DNA of 64,000 nt from Amoeboaphelidium protococcarum X5 (GCA_023515725.1 JALDTO010000146.1:1-64000); one strand, 5' to 3'. Counted from the stretch's first letter, positions 11,203 through 25,239 are shown. Made by a program: numbers and translations. The notes: generated by a model not told the origin, from the sequence alone.

Positions 11203-13320
11203 TCATTGCTTCAATTTCTTGTTCTAGCTTTTAAACTAAACCTGCCTGCTCTATCTCTTTCCTTAGTCAGCCTTTTACACTTCACTGAGCACACTCTCTA
11301 TCAAGGAATCATCAGCGTGGTATGGAATAGTGATATTCAAACGACTATCGCTCTTCATAGCCTCCTAAATTTGAAACTCCGCGTTACTATTGCCACTCCA
11401 GCAACGTCTAGCTACTCCATTGTTAACATCAAAATGGAGCATCGCGCGAGCACGTCTTACCGCATCATCACTGCCATCAAGAAGGAGAAGGAAGCCACCA
11501 TTCATAGCCATTCCCCATCCGGTACCACCTCCATTGTGGATAGAGACACTAGTGGCACCTCTAAATGCATCCCCTAGCACATTGTGTATTGCCATATCGG
11601 CACACACCTTGCTACCATCCGTAATGTTACTAGTCTCACGGAACGGGCTATCAGTACCAGAGACGTCGTGATGATCCCTTGATAACATAACCGGACCTCG
11701 TAGTCTACCATCTTTCACCGCCTAGTTAAATGCTTCAGCCATTTAAATTCTACCATCAGCATTGGAATATAAAATACGCGCCTAAGATCCAACCACCAAC
11801 TAATGTTACTCACACTACTAAATCCAATTCAAATTGTCTTGCAATTAGCCTTTAACCCTATGATCCACACCTGATAGATTGATCAACTTCTAAATGACCT
11901 CTGCAGCTATTCTATCGGTAGTTTTCAAATCCTCATGGTCACCCGAGGTGCATACCCATCTATAAGGACCGAATCCGAGAGAGAAAATGTCACCCATAAA
12001 GTCTTCAAAGTATGATGCGTACCTGAATGCTCCACCTTCCTCCGCCTTCCAGATATCAGCACCTGCACGGGATGACTCTAGCAGAAAGGCATTGCCATAA
12101 TCCCAAAACTTCATTCCACGAGCCGAAAGTTTATTCACAGCACTCACATGTCTACGCAAAGACTCTTGGACCTTCAGCTTAAAATTGTCAGGATCCTCCA
12201 CCATCAACCGTCTGCTATCATCAAATGACACGCCGACTGGATAATAACCTCCACTGTATGGATTATGCAAAGAAGTCTAATCACTGCCCAGATCAACATG
12301 AACATCTTCCGCCTTTGCTAAATATTCCCACAAATCTACTATATTACCAAGATAACCGATGCTGATAGGCTCCTTCTTTGCGGAATACTCTTTAATCAAC
12401 TAAACAACTTTGGCCAAATCTGACTCCTTCCTCATTATCCATCCTTGCTTGTGTCTCTTATCTAGAGCAGCAGGATCTATCTCGGCAATAACACACACTA
12501 ATCCGGCCATAAAAGCAGCTTTAGGCTAAGCACCTGACATGCCACCGAGGCCAGCACTGACAAACACTTTACCACGCAGATCATCCATACACTTTGCATT
12601 CAAAAATTTACGGCCAGCATTGATCAAAGTAATATTAGTACCATGTACAATGCCTTATGGACCAATGTAACAGTAACTACCAGCAGTCATATTACCGTAC
12701 TGAGTCAATCCCATGGCGTACAGTCTTTCATACTACTCCCTGGTAGAGTAGAAAGGAACCATCATGCCATTAGTGACCACCACTCTAGGCGCATCCTTGT
12801 GAGACGGGAAGAGGCCCATTGGATGTCCACTGTAGACATGCAAAGTCTAATCTTCCTACATCTCACTCAAATACTTCATCACTAAATGATACTGGGCCCA
12901 ATTACTGAACACACTACCATTGCCACCATATGTAATGAGTTCATGAGGATGTTGCGCCACTGCCGGGTCCAGGTTATTCGTGATCATGAGCATAACCGCG
13001 GCAGCTTACTTGGATTTGCATGGATATGACGACAAGGGATAAGCTTTCATTTCATACTCTGTAGGCCTCAGTCTGTACATGTAAATGTGCCCATAGAGTT
13101 GGAGTTCTAATGCCAGCTCTTTAGCCATCTTCTAATGGAATTTAGCGGGAACATATCTCAGTGCATTAGACAGAGCCTGACGTGTGTCCTATGATGACAA
13201 GTTGGGACGTCTAACTGGAGCGTGAGGAACCTTGTCAGATCTTACACTAACGTCAAACTCCTTCTCAAACATTGCATCAGTCAATCCATTCTTAAGACTC
13301 AACAACTATTAATCAACCAT
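11203..13320 (-). CDS. UROC1: Urocanate hydratase, eukaryotic long form
   Basis: 'PHAPVR', 'NLDPAVAQHPHELITYGGNG', 'QYGNMTAGSYCYIGPQGIVHGT', 'SRDHHDVSGTDSPFRETSNI', 'SIHNGGGTGWG'. Confidence 0.95.
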
Positions 13321-13677
13321 ATTAGCAGATTCTCAATAAGGTATAGTTCAAGTAAATGCTTCGTGTTTCACACTTTAGAAAGAAGAGGAAGCCGCAGCGT
13401 GACGATTCAAAGAACGAACGACAAAGCGTGGGAATTCTTTCACCTCAAAGCAAAGTACTGTGGCGAAGGAAACTCTATGCGAACCAACGTTTTAACGTGT
13501 CTCATCTCTCGCGTTTCGGCGTAGAGTAAATGTACGTTGTATAATGTTTCAGCGCAGAGATACTATATGTGGACTGAGAAGAGAAACTCTCGCGTTCAAA
13601 AATGAGCTAGACATGAAACCATGTGCCGGACAGTCTTCATTTAAACATGTTGGGATAATTCCAAAAATTTCATAAAA

Positions 13678-14763
13678 TCAATTCAAGTCAATCTGTACTA
13701 TATCATTCAGATAAGAGGAGCCACAACCACCAAATACAATCAATGATTATTCCCCATCTTCGCCCAAGTATAACACGACAGAGTGGCCGTATCTCGGTAT
13801 CGGCTTACTCATTGCATTGTTGCCGGCACTGTGAGCAATTGATGCCATGTCCATCTCCATCCATAGCTAAACGGGTTGCCATCTAAGATCTTTTAAATTG
13901 AATTTCAGGAGTTCATTATTCGGAGATTTTCCATCATAGCCACCAAAGGAGTAAATTTCATACTGATTTTAGCCTGATTATTATGAATCCAAGAATTGAA
14001 CTAGATTGAGTGGGCGACCAGTCTACGGCAATACTCCACTGATTTGTAGCAATTCCACAACTTCAATATCATCCTAAGAGACAACGATTTTATGAGCATC
14101 TTGGAATGTATCAAAGCCGCCATCACCAGAGAAGCCTCCATATAATATGAATTCATTCTCTACTGAAGTCTTAATGATGCTTTGACCTGCGCGTTTTAGG
14201 ATATTTGGCTTGTTGCATGGCAGTTACTTCATTGATAAATCGCCAATATTCAACAACCAAGCATCATTGCAGTATTCTTTCTGATTAATTTAGCCACCAA
14301 GAATTAAAACAGATTCTGATTATTAACCGTGTATGTGGATCAATGCAGAGTGATATCGTGGCTTAAAAGAAGATGGCACATCGATTCGAGTCCAAACACT
14401 TTGTTTCAAGTCAAACAGCCATATATCATTTACAGCGCGGTTCTCACCATCGCATCCTCCAACTATTAGCAGAACTTGTAAAGTTTCTTGCTTATCCGGA
14501 GATGGCACATTAACAATGGCGCTGGAGTGACCAAAGCGGGGAGAAGGCTTGGATGCGGGTAGTAGCAGTTCGGTCCAAGATTTACTTGCAAAGTTAAATA
14601 GCCATACATCGTTTACACACTTCTTGCCCGATTACACTCCACCAAACATGACCATTTACTGAATGCCATTGACATTGACAACATGAGCGCAATGATATCT
14701 TCTTGCAGATGGAACAACCGTAGATGATACACCAACCTTTCTCCAGATAGCTTCGTTACTCAT
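13678..14763 (-). CDS. Kelch-repeat beta-propeller protein
   Basis: Repeated 'P.PR..H...[FI]GG....ND.W' units (e.g. PSARRYH, PSPRFGH, FKPRYHS, PIPRYGH). Confidence 0.85.
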
Positions 14764-14986
14764 CTCAAACTATGCAGCAAAGATACAGGGAAGATTCACT
14801 GGAGAATAGGCGGAAACTGAAGAGATGAAACAAATCGAACAGTGAACATTTTGAGAACCGCTTGTTGCCGAGATCTTGCTCGCGTCTTTTTAGCTGGCGC
14901 TTTGACTGAAGCCTGAAATTCGAAGTTCTATCATTTATTAACAGAGATTATTTTCTAATATTGGAAAGTGCCAACAACAAAAAAAT

Positions 14987-15268
14987 ATGCATTAGCCGCT
15001 GATTAAATTTCTTGGTAAAAGAGTATGGAATAATATAAAGAAGGAGACTAGTACTGAGCATCCACTAATGATGAAAGCAGGATATGGAGCGACTGGCAGC
15101 GGTGTCACTTCTGCATCTAAGGCCACATAGAATCAGCAAGGCTAATAAAGAAGCTCATCATTTGTACAATTTTACGAGTCTACCTCAGATTTGCCGCGAT
15201 AGTATTGGTATCAAAGCATCCAAGAATAAGAAATTGAGGTTATTAATGCTGGAGGTGCTCTGTCATGA
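14987..15268 (+). CDS. KGD4: Kgd4/Ymr31/MRPS36 alpha-ketoglutarate dehydrogenase adaptor subunit
   Basis: N-terminal 'HQPLIKFLGKR' and C-terminal 'LPRQYWYQSIQEQEIEVINAGGA'; missing from the ORF track because of TAR codons; true start may be further upstream. Confidence 0.8.
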
Positions 15269-15429
15269 TTTAAAGTGAGTTGTCAAGTTTGAATGATTAG
15301 AAATAAACCCATCACCAGTTAATTCGTTACTAAGCAGGCTCTTTTGGTGCTCATTCTGTTTTCTAAATATATGAATATTTTTATTTTATTTATTGGAGTA
15401 TATTATTTGTGATAAACTCTTTAATATCA

Positions 15430-16735
15430 ATGTCAACACTTTCATAGATTGATATCGACAATCGCGCCGGCAAAGGCGTCAGGGTAAGTGTTCCAGTATT
15501 GCTTACAACATTAATGACTGTGTACGATTATACATGTGTAGGCAACGTTGAATGACGATCAAAAGAAGATATTCAATCAAGTGTGGAAAGAGTTACTGGA
15601 ATGCTACTCTACTACTAATGATAAATCCCCTGCATCTGAGCCTGCTTAAAGCGACAATGAACCGGCTAATGTTGTTTTGACTGATCATCACGTTTCAACG
15701 ACTGAATAGCCTCCTCAGTCAAAGCAATCTCAACAACAATCATCATCTACCGCCGAATAGGTGAAACTTGCAGATAGTAGCCCGGCATTGTACACGCAAG
15801 AAGAAGTTGAAGAATTCTTCAAGACTACGCTTCATGATGACCCTGATGTTTAGCTGCTCAAGTTTATCTGTGCTCGCAAGTGGAACACCGAAGCTATTCA
15901 TAAGATGCTGAAGGCGGCTCTCAAGTTTCGCGTCGAGAATGATATTTCTAACGTGCTGTCACGCGGAGAGAAGGCTCTTAATCAGAGAATCTTGCAAAAG
16001 GGACTTGCTTACAGTAGAGGATTCGATAAGAATGGTCACCCACTATTTCATATCCAGGCGCGTTACTTTGACAAGAAGAATGTATCCCACGATGAGAACA
16101 ATGCATTTTGCATCTTCATGATGGAGTGCGCGAAAGATTATCTCTTGCCGTGGTCAGCAAAGACTCAGAGTAATCATAAAGAGAAGGTGTCACTGATTTT
16201 GGACTTGAGCAACATCACGATGGAAAACTATGATTTGGAGTCTATCAAATTCTTGGTTCATGCTCTGGAAGCTTACTACCCTGAGAGTCTAGCGTGCATC
16301 TTCATCATCAATGCCCCGTTCTTCTTTAATGGTATCTGGATGATTGTTAAGTAATTTCTTGATCCCGTTGTACGCGAGAAGATCAAATTTGTGAAGACTG
16401 CTGATTTACTCTAGTTTATTGATTCTAAATGGATCCCCAAAAGGCTTGGAGGTGATGATGAGTTTCAGTATGAATGGGTTCCATTCCAGGATCAAGATGT
16501 TGCGTAGGATATGCCGAAATTCAGTTTTGGGCAGTTTAAAACTTAAGTCGAAGAGTATATTGATGCTACCAAGAATTACATTCAGTCCAGCAGTAATGAT
16601 GATGGGGATGATGAAAGTGATAAGACAGCGGTAAGACTGAAAGCAAGACAGAAGATGAATGAATAGTGGCAGAATTTTGAAAAGACACGCCCAAGAACGT
16701 ACTATCATAGAATAGGAATGTTTGACACTCAATGA
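15430..16735 (+). CDS. CRAL-TRIO (Sec14/Csr1-like) phosphatidylinositol transfer protein; intron 15484-15541
   Basis: 'DPDVQLLKFICARKW', 'LILDLS', 'IKFLVHALEAYYPESLACIFIINAPFFFNGIWMIVKQFLDP', 'IPKRLGG'. Confidence 0.9.
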
Positions 16736-16792
16736 TAAGACACTCAAATAATGTTTTCATGCGTCTGATTAACCATTATCTTTTAATCTATT

Positions 16793-18352
16793 TCACGTTT
16801 CAGCCCATCTCAAAGATCCCATTAGCATATACTTTCGTGGTACTCGACCAGGCTTTGGACTCAGCACTATCAGCTTCTTCTTCTTCTCATCCACATCTGA
16901 GACGTACACAAAGCCGGCAACGTTGGTAGTCAGTAGCTACAATTCATTCTGTGCCTATTCTTCAGCCTTATCTTTGGACAAAGTCAAATTAGACGGAACT
17001 GGCGGTGGTAAATCCATCGTTGATACGCTCAATATAGAATGAAGAAGTGACGGTCCAGCATTGATCTAAAGCAGTTACCGCTACTGAGAATCCGCGGATT
17101 TTTCATCAAAAGTTCCAAGTGGTAAAGCAGACACTGGAGCTGATTACTTTGTAACTACACACTATTTACAAATGAATAATGCATTAATTTACATTACCAT
17201 GATAGAATTACCTTTTCCATATCTTCTTACTTGAGTATCATTGAACCCAACTCCAGTTGTCATTGGCGAAAGTTCAGCATTCTTGTTACCATAAAAGTAC
17301 TCTCTAACGCGTTGCATTTACCACTTGCGGCGGTAACTGACATCTCGATCAACCACACCACCACTCTTAGGCAACCGAATCAACTCCACCACCGGATGAG
17401 ATTACTTCAGCTGTTGACATATTTCACTGTAAAGTCGTTCATTTCCTATAACTACAACTTTGTTTATTCTAAATACATCCAGGGCGTGTGATAACAGCTA
17501 CGGGGATATCTACTCAGTCCAACTTGAAGTATCAATGACACATCCACTGGCATTTACGATTTCATCATGTTCCGCACGGGCATCTACACTTTCTGCAATA
17601 GTGCTGAACATTGACTTTATATCCTCAATATCGGTAACGTTAAACTCCTCTTCTCCATAATGATATATCAGAGGAGGTGACGTGACCAGGGAAAGCTGAG
17701 TAAGCGTGTTAGATTCCATTCTATCTACAGCCATAGCTCCGATACAAGTCGGCATAACAATAGTACCCTACATTTACGTACATCATAAGCTGATAAACGT
17801 CAATTTACATTAGGATTAAGTAAATTACATTTTTCGGATCCAGATCAATAAGGATTGGTTAATGGTGCAACTTTAAAGCCCAAGCAATCAAAGTCTTTGC
17901 TAGCGATGTCTTTCCACTATTCTCCTATCCAACAATGATAATCTACATTCCAACGCGACTATTATTCACTGCTTGTAATACATTATGCACGTGATATAAC
18001 TTACTCTTGGACCTTCTAATCCGCTGTCATTCGCTTATCTACGACGCGATTCCAAATCTATGTGCAACTGCATCCACTAAGTCATGACAGTCTCCGTAGC
18101 GATGTACTCAACTTTGGACTGAGGCCCGCTAAGAGACAAAGTACAACCGTGCCATGTGTACACTGCAGTTATAGAGCCGGATGGGAATGACATCGGATTA
18201 TTTGGAGGCAACTCCACGCCAAATACTTCAGCTTTACCAGCGGTCAGAGTCACAGTTATTGCGGTTTATGACCATCCAACCTCAAATCTCAGCTCAGTCA
18301 TCGCTTGCAACTCATACACTCTAGGCTCATCTTTTCCACCTTATGATGTCAT
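16793..18352 (-). CDS. CLP1: Clp1 mRNA cleavage/polyadenylation factor (polynucleotide 5'-OH kinase family); introns 17943-18004, 17768-17828, 17155-17211
   Basis: 'ELRFEV', 'GKAEVFGVEL', 'AVYTWHGC', P-loop 'GQENSGKTSL', 'SGCVIDT', 'LPKSGGVVDR', 'REYFYG'. Confidence 0.9.
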
Positions 18353-18606
18353 GTTAATGCGCGTTTTATATAATTAAAGGACTCCACCTTCTACCTACAC
18401 TTAATTCAACCAAGTTATAAGAAATACGCTACCACCAAATGGGAACGAGAATGCTGTTTGTTTGATCAGTGATTGAAGAGAAAACGGCCATCAACAACGT
18501 TTACAAATCCGGCTATAAATATATATCGTCTGCTTACTCTTTGCATTCTCTATAAAATCAGCTCTAAATACAATAAACTCAGTAATAAAATTATATTAAT
18601 CGAAAT

Positions 18607-19764
18607 ATGAACAAGGTCAAAAGAAAGTTGAAAGAATGGTCAATTGATTCCAAGACTGTCGAGCTGGATATGAGTTACAGCGAATTGAAGAAGGTACCAG
18701 GTGTTATACGCAAGTTGAAACATCTGACTAAATTGCATCTAAATGGCAATATTATCAAGTAGATTGAACCGGAGGCATTCGAGATTAGTTCTTCAGTGCA
18801 AAAGAGCACAGATTCAATTGCAACTTCAGTGGGAGTTGAGCACATTGATCTCAGTGGTAATAAATTGTAAACTCTGCCTGAATCATTTGGACTGGGGTGC
18901 CTGAAAAGGACATTGACTTACTTGGATTTGAGTTATAACTAAATTTAGACTTTGCCAGATGCTGCGTTGTACGAGCTGACTGCATTGTAATATTTGGATT
19001 TGAGTCATAATGGCTTATCCTAGCTGGTTGATAGAATCGGGAAATTGTAATCACTATAAATCCTCAAAGTCACCAATAACAACTTGACCTATGTCGCAGC
19101 TGATATTATAACATTGCAGTCTCTTAAGGAATTGCATTTGCAGAATAATTAATTGTCATTATTATCTCACAAATTTACGGACATGGTTAGTTTGCATCTG
19201 ATCAATTTGTCTGGTAACAAATTCACAGAGTTGCCCAAGTGTTTGGCTAATCTTCCGCATACCGTTTAACAGATTGATTTATCGCGCAATCAGATCACCA
19301 GTTTGGATGATAAAATTGTAATTGGAATAGCCGCGTCTACTTAGTACTTGAAGATGTTGGATTTGCGAGATAATTAGATCCAGTCGCTACCTGACGTCTT
19401 GTCGCGTCTCGCTATGGTTGATAGAATTGTGCTTCTGGGCAATGGAGATTTGATTGTGAAGAATGATCATCAGCTGAACAAGAAATGGCCAAATACCGTG
19501 AGAAATATGACCAATATCGAATTTGAGTGGACAGAGTGTAAAATGTCCACCAGAAGTGATCCTGGTTTAAATGTGTCCACAGCGATTGATTAAAATTAGT
19601 AGTAGAAATAGCAAGATTTATAGATCCGTTCTGTTCGTAAAAAGTCTCCAGTGCGTGACGGGCGTAAGCTGATGGGCGACATTGATTTCACTGGCAAGAG
19701 AGACCTCACTTCGAATGAAAGTCTGAATCAGCCATAGAAGAAACGACACGAATTCGGAATATGA
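18607..19764 (+). CDS. Leucine-rich-repeat protein
   Basis: About 10 LxxLxLxxNxL repeats (LTKLHLNGNII, IDLSGNKL, LDLSYNQI, LDLSHNGL, INLSGNKF). Confidence 0.85.
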
Positions 19765-19862
19765 ATACAAATGTGATGTATGACGTGTTTGTGATAATAT
19801 GTATTTGCCTGCTTTATACGCTTTTAGTTTTCTTTTAACTTATACCCATCAAGTGAATCAAA

Positions 19863-20192
19863 ATGTCTACCAAGTTGGATCAGTTGAAAGATTTATTGAA
19901 ACAAAGTCGTGACGCGTGTCAAGTCTGTGAGAGGGAGGCTGATAAGTGTGGTTTGGACTGCGCCAAGTTGTGCCATATCAATGCTGCAATCTCTGAGTCT
20001 TCCCTGAAAGCATTGGAAGTTGAGTCTCCGGAAAAGAATGCTATTCTATCGGATTTATTAAAGTTGAATTGCAAGTCTGCTCATGAATGTGAGGAACGCT
20101 GCGAGGCTCATAGTCAACACGAACATTGTCGTAATTGTGCTGATAAGTGTCGCCAAGTACGTAAGACTATAACCGAAATAGTAGGATAATGA
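19863..20192 (+). CDS. Cys-rich four-helix-bundle protein, copper storage protein (Csp3/DUF326/YhjQ)-like
   Basis: 11 Cys in CxxC/CxxxC helical spacing; 'CKSAHECEERCEAHSQHEHCRNCADKCR' resembles the Csp C-terminal motif; ends TAA TGA. Confidence 0.75.
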
Positions 20193-20291
20193 GCTTCTAT
20201 GTACTTTCGAGGAATAAAAATGAAACTGGCAATTTGCAATAATATCTTAGTTAAATACATCTTTATCATTATTAACTTCCACGAGTACAGT

Positions 20292-20648
20292 ATGATGTAT
20301 GTATTTTTTCAAGCGAACGACACTTTAAGTAACAGAAGCCTATCCAGAGAATTTTGTCGTGTAAAACTAGAGCCTTTCAAGCCTTACAGTACATTTGCGT
20401 GTGATCTCCAAGATGATTTCAGTAATCGCGATGTAAAGACCTTCATTGAAAACGTGATAGATGAAACAAGTACAGTAAGTGGGACTAATAAGCCATAAAT
20501 CACCACCACCTTTTTTATAGACAAATCACCTGTGTCTGAACATTTTGAGCATGCGGATATATCGAATAGATTATCTTAAAGTTCTAATAATTCACAAAAG
20601 ACATGCTCTGACGCGTTAGATACATTTCGCAGGTGGCTTAGATGCTGA
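20292..20648 (+). CDS. Possible small hypothetical protein
   Basis: 118-codon TAR=Gln frame only; no recognisable motif. Confidence 0.25.
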
Positions 20649-20750
20649 GATAATCTATTCACACGCGCGTAGAGTGAGCGAAATTTGTATGTATTTTAAG
20701 TGAATTTCCTGATAACATTTGTTATAGTTTAATTATACCATTCATTTACA

Positions 20751-21680
20751 ATGGCATCTGAAAATGTATATGATTTGATTGATACTATACTGTGCTATGT
20801 CATCTTGGCTTGCGTTACTCTATACGCCTTATCAGTTTTCATACGAGATTATGTGTTGCTTCGTTAAAAGTTCAGTCTGCGAACTCTGATCCTGTTGGTC
20901 ACCTTTATGAATAGTCTCATACTATCGCTGTACACTGTCAGCGCTAGACATTGCTCGATTATAGCAGACTCTATTCTAGCTCAATCTATAGCGGACACAG
21001 TGTGCAGTATTGGTGGATTCATGCAGTTCTTCTTGGTCGTATTCTGGTTTGTCAGAGCTCATGAAGACGTGCACACCACGGAAGTTTGTATATTTACAAG
21101 GCGTCAAAGTCGTTCATTTTATCATTTCATGGTGTTTTTGGTGGTGCTCTTCAGTTATAGCGTAACGTAAACCATTATAATCTAACGACGGGATTGGGAT
21201 CGCTTTCGCAGATATCATGACTACTTCACCGTCATATCGTCGGTCATTTTGATATTGTACGGAATTGTATACTTTCTGCTGGTTCAACTCTACACGGATC
21301 CTCTAAATGTACCAAAACAAGTATATACTGTTGTACGGCGATCGCGATATACTTGCTATCTGGTTGCCGCCTGTTCCATATTTTACGTGGTGCTATCATG
21401 GCTGTCATTACGCGGCAATAAATACTAGAGCGGATTTTCTTTAAATGTCATAGAGTCTTCCAATTACGTATGTCATTAGAGTCTATGTTTGGTGTCGCTG
21501 ATTGTTAGAACGATAGTCGTCGTTGCCTTCCCTAATGTCGCCATCTCATTCACCTTCTCCAGTCCTAGTAAGTGCAATGATACCAACGCGTTTCTCTGCC
21601 CCTTATAGCAGAATAGTCATCAAGGCAAATAGTAGTACACTCTGTTGAATCAAGAAGAGACTGATGAGAGCGAAGTGTGA
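20751..21680 (+). CDS. Multi-pass (about 7 TM) membrane protein, possibly GPCR-like
   Basis: 309-aa frame with about seven hydrophobic segments and a polar C-tail. Confidence 0.65.
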
Positions 21681-21753
21681 GCACTGTGTCTATTGAGCGC
21701 ATTGTACAATATAATGAATTTCGAATAATTATACAAGAAAATAGCATCATAAG

Positions 21754-24700
21754 TCATTATAAGCTATCACTAGAGCTATTCAACACTCGAGAGATGGAAG
21801 CTTTCAGTCTTGGACTTTAACTCTACAATCTTTCACCGTCGCCATCTTACTGACCACTTTGCTCCTACTAAACCGAGCTTTAATGGTTATCGTCATCATC
21901 GGCCTTCTAATCAGATCCATCCTGTTCAACATCTTGATCCTGCGGTTGACTGTCACTATTACCACTTCCAGATTGCGCGTTCACAATGGGAATGTTCTTA
22001 AGGCCTGGCAACACTGCAGAATTAGACTCCACAGATGACAGGGGATGCGATGTCATATTAACTGGAGGTCGATACGCATATTACTACTACTACTGCATAT
22101 GTTATTGATGCTAATACTACGGATGCTAATGCTACTGCTGATGTTGCTACTGATACATTTAGTGCTGCTATTACTACTATTAAATCATACTCTGGTCACC
22201 AGAAGCAGGACCATGTTACACAATATGAGGTCCTATAGGTGGCAAGTACGGAGCACTGAAAAATGGTGGATGCATAGTAGACCCTGTATAAATGGGAGGA
22301 GGGAATATGTATTGAGGAATCGGGTAGCCATCCTGCGACATATGATACGGTTGGAATGGAAACATTGGCTGAATATGCTGACTATTCTAATACATATGAG
22401 GATTCTAGTAGAAGACCTCTTCACCATGTGGCTGAGAACCACCAACACCAACATTAGATGATGAATTGAACGGCGCAGGGGCTCCTCTCTATGACTATGA
22501 CGACTATTAATGTTCAGATTCCTACTATTGACCTGTGGATAATTACTATTATTAAACATGTTCAGTGCCAGTTGATTAAGATCTAGAATGCTCTTTATTG
22601 CCGATGGCGACATCCGCTCCACCAGCAAATGACTAATTTCCGCCACTATTATCATCAATGGTGCTATTATAAAAATTGCGGACTTGAATCTCTGACTTTG
22701 CTGGCAAACGCTCAGCTATCGATTTAAAGTCTCTGCCAAATTATGCGGCAAGCTTTTAAAATTCCACCTTTTCCTTCGCAGTCCAATAAGACACAGTTTT
22801 CTTTTTCTCTTTAGGCGACTGAACTTACGGAAGCTCTTAGATTTAAGGCAACTGTTAAATAGCAGCCTGATTCTACCGATTCTTGGACGGCCTCCCTCTC
22901 TTCTTCTTCTTTTCCTACTGTTACTATAAAGGCTACGATCCCGCAGATTCTTTAACATCCTACAACACCTGACCGACTGAAGCAGAGTGGCCAGCGGCAT
23001 TCTAAAAACTCTCCGCCAATAAATTATCAGTGGAAGAAGCTGCAGACTGATGTATTAAATCCTGAGAATCCTCAGTGATGTCCTGATCCAGACTGTCCTT
23101 CGACTAAAGCTAACCTTATCTGTCGCCTTTAGAATTAGAACTGAGTGGCTTCGTCAAATCAACATTCTGATACCGCTTAAAGTACAGATACAAACGACGA
23201 ACTTGGAGAATAGACTTTGTCCCGGTGAGCTAAGCTACTTATCTAAAATTTTTACCATGTTCAAGAAACAACGCTTTCACACGATCCACCTCTTAATCAT
23301 CCCACTCCTGAATCTCACCTGGCAGAACTTCTCGTTACTATGAGATAGGTTGCAAACTCGCATCTCTACTACGACCCTTATGGTCATTTCCGGTATCTAC
23401 AGATTAATTACGCGAAAACTAAGAAACAACACCATTTCCATAGTCGCCATCATAGTCTTGATCCTTCTACTACTATTGCTACAGAACAAACTGTTACTGC
23501 TACTACATCTAACGCTCAAAGCCTTGATTATCCGCAGACTATTACTAAGCAAGTGCCTTCTTCCTTTTACGATTCTTTAAAGCTAGCGCCTATTTGGTCA
23601 GAGCTTTCAACTTGAGCGACTTCTTATTCAGATAATAGTATTACACACAATCCTGAGATGATTTATTAGGCAGAAATGAGGCAATTCTACCAAATTCTTT
23701 AGGATATTCCATGTATGCTTAGATGAAAATCTTCTTCTCATCATCATTCCATGGATTGGCCATTGTAATCTACTTTACAGACTACTAAGCATCATCAAAC
23801 AGATTATTATTATCGATATACTTCATCTACTCGCGCATTCTTATATCAAGAAGCATCGGTGTCGGAGCAGTCACGGATTTCAGATATCTATAATCTTCAT
23901 CAGAACTAGGAGGACCATATGGAGTGGCAGCAGGGTCATACACATTCACCAGAGACCACAAGTCTTCCTACACCTTCCTGCTGTTACCTCTCGACTATTG
24001 CTTATTCTACTACTTTATGGAGATCTTGATCTGCTAATCTTCAAATAGCAATGCTTACTCTTGCCACTAATTAAATAGATCATTGTACTGCCTCTACAAA
24101 TACTCTTCTTTATCCTGGAGTGCAAATCTCTTTCGCTGCAAGTACTTGACCAACACGGGCTTGAATGACTAAAACTTTTAGATATTTTCATTATAGAATG
24201 GGAATGAAGACGGCTCCAGACAGCCAACATTAAATGGTATATTCTCACAATCCTACTGGAATGTCTCCTGAGAACGCTGAGCCTTGTCCCGATTATCCTG
24301 CAAAATCCTATTGATGAACGAAGCGTCATCCACTGCACGGCTTCTCTACCACAACTTTGGTCTCTGGGGGGATTTTTGCACAAGTTTCTAGCTGGTAGGC
24401 TTCATTATCGCCGGCGAAGATGCGAGTTCGTCTACATTTGGCAATTCCTCTTTAACACTAGGCTTTCTCTCAGCTTCAGACTTTTGCGGTGACAACTTGG
24501 CCTTCTTCAAATCATCAAGCATTGATTCATAAACGGCAATCTGATCATCAATCTTGTCCATCTCTTTCATAATCTGCTACTTATTCATCTGAGGCTATTG
24601 ATTGTCCATAGAATCCTCTTTGACTTCATCTCTTCTAGAAGAGGCCAAAAATTCCAATTAAGCTTCAAGGACGGGAGTCTACAAGTTTGAAATCGAATAA

Positions 24701-25239
24701 TCAGCATCTTCTTACTACTGCTGCTAATCTAAATTATTAAGCTGTCCCTGAGCGGAAATAGACAGTTACTCTTTCTCATTACCATCCTTAATATCTTCCT
24801 CCTATTCCTCGTCAATTAAATTCTGATCAACATGTGAATTCTTCTATTGCCAGTACTAATACTTGTTATATGCCGGGCGGTACTCCTGTTACTATTAATT
24901 GAAAGATGGACGGTAACGTAATTATGATGGCTATTGCTGATACTGAGCTTAATGACCTTGAACTGTATTTCCACCCATATATGGCTGATACCACATACCA
25001 TTACCAGATCCACGGCCTGCATAAGAATTACTTCCACCTCTGCCAAGCAATGTTGGTTTAGGGCCTCCTCTGCCGCGCTAACTGTAATAAGCTCCACCAC
25101 TACCACCACCACTTCCCCTTCCTCTACCTCTACCTCGAGACTACACTCATATACAAAAACGTTTTGATAAAATATCTAATAAAATCGAGTGAAATCTTAC
25201 ATGCCAATTCTAGTACTGCCTAGGCTACTAATCACTCAT
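21754..25239 (-). CDS. N-CoR/Snt1-like double-SANT chromatin corepressor subunit; intron 25141-25200
   Basis: SANT1 'WNDDEKKIFIQAYMEYPKEFGRIASFLPNKSSQDCVQYYYLNKK'; SANT2 'WDDQEVDRVKALFLEHGKNF'; coiled coil 'LMKEMDKIDDQIAVYE'; RG-rich N-terminus. Confidence 0.85.
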
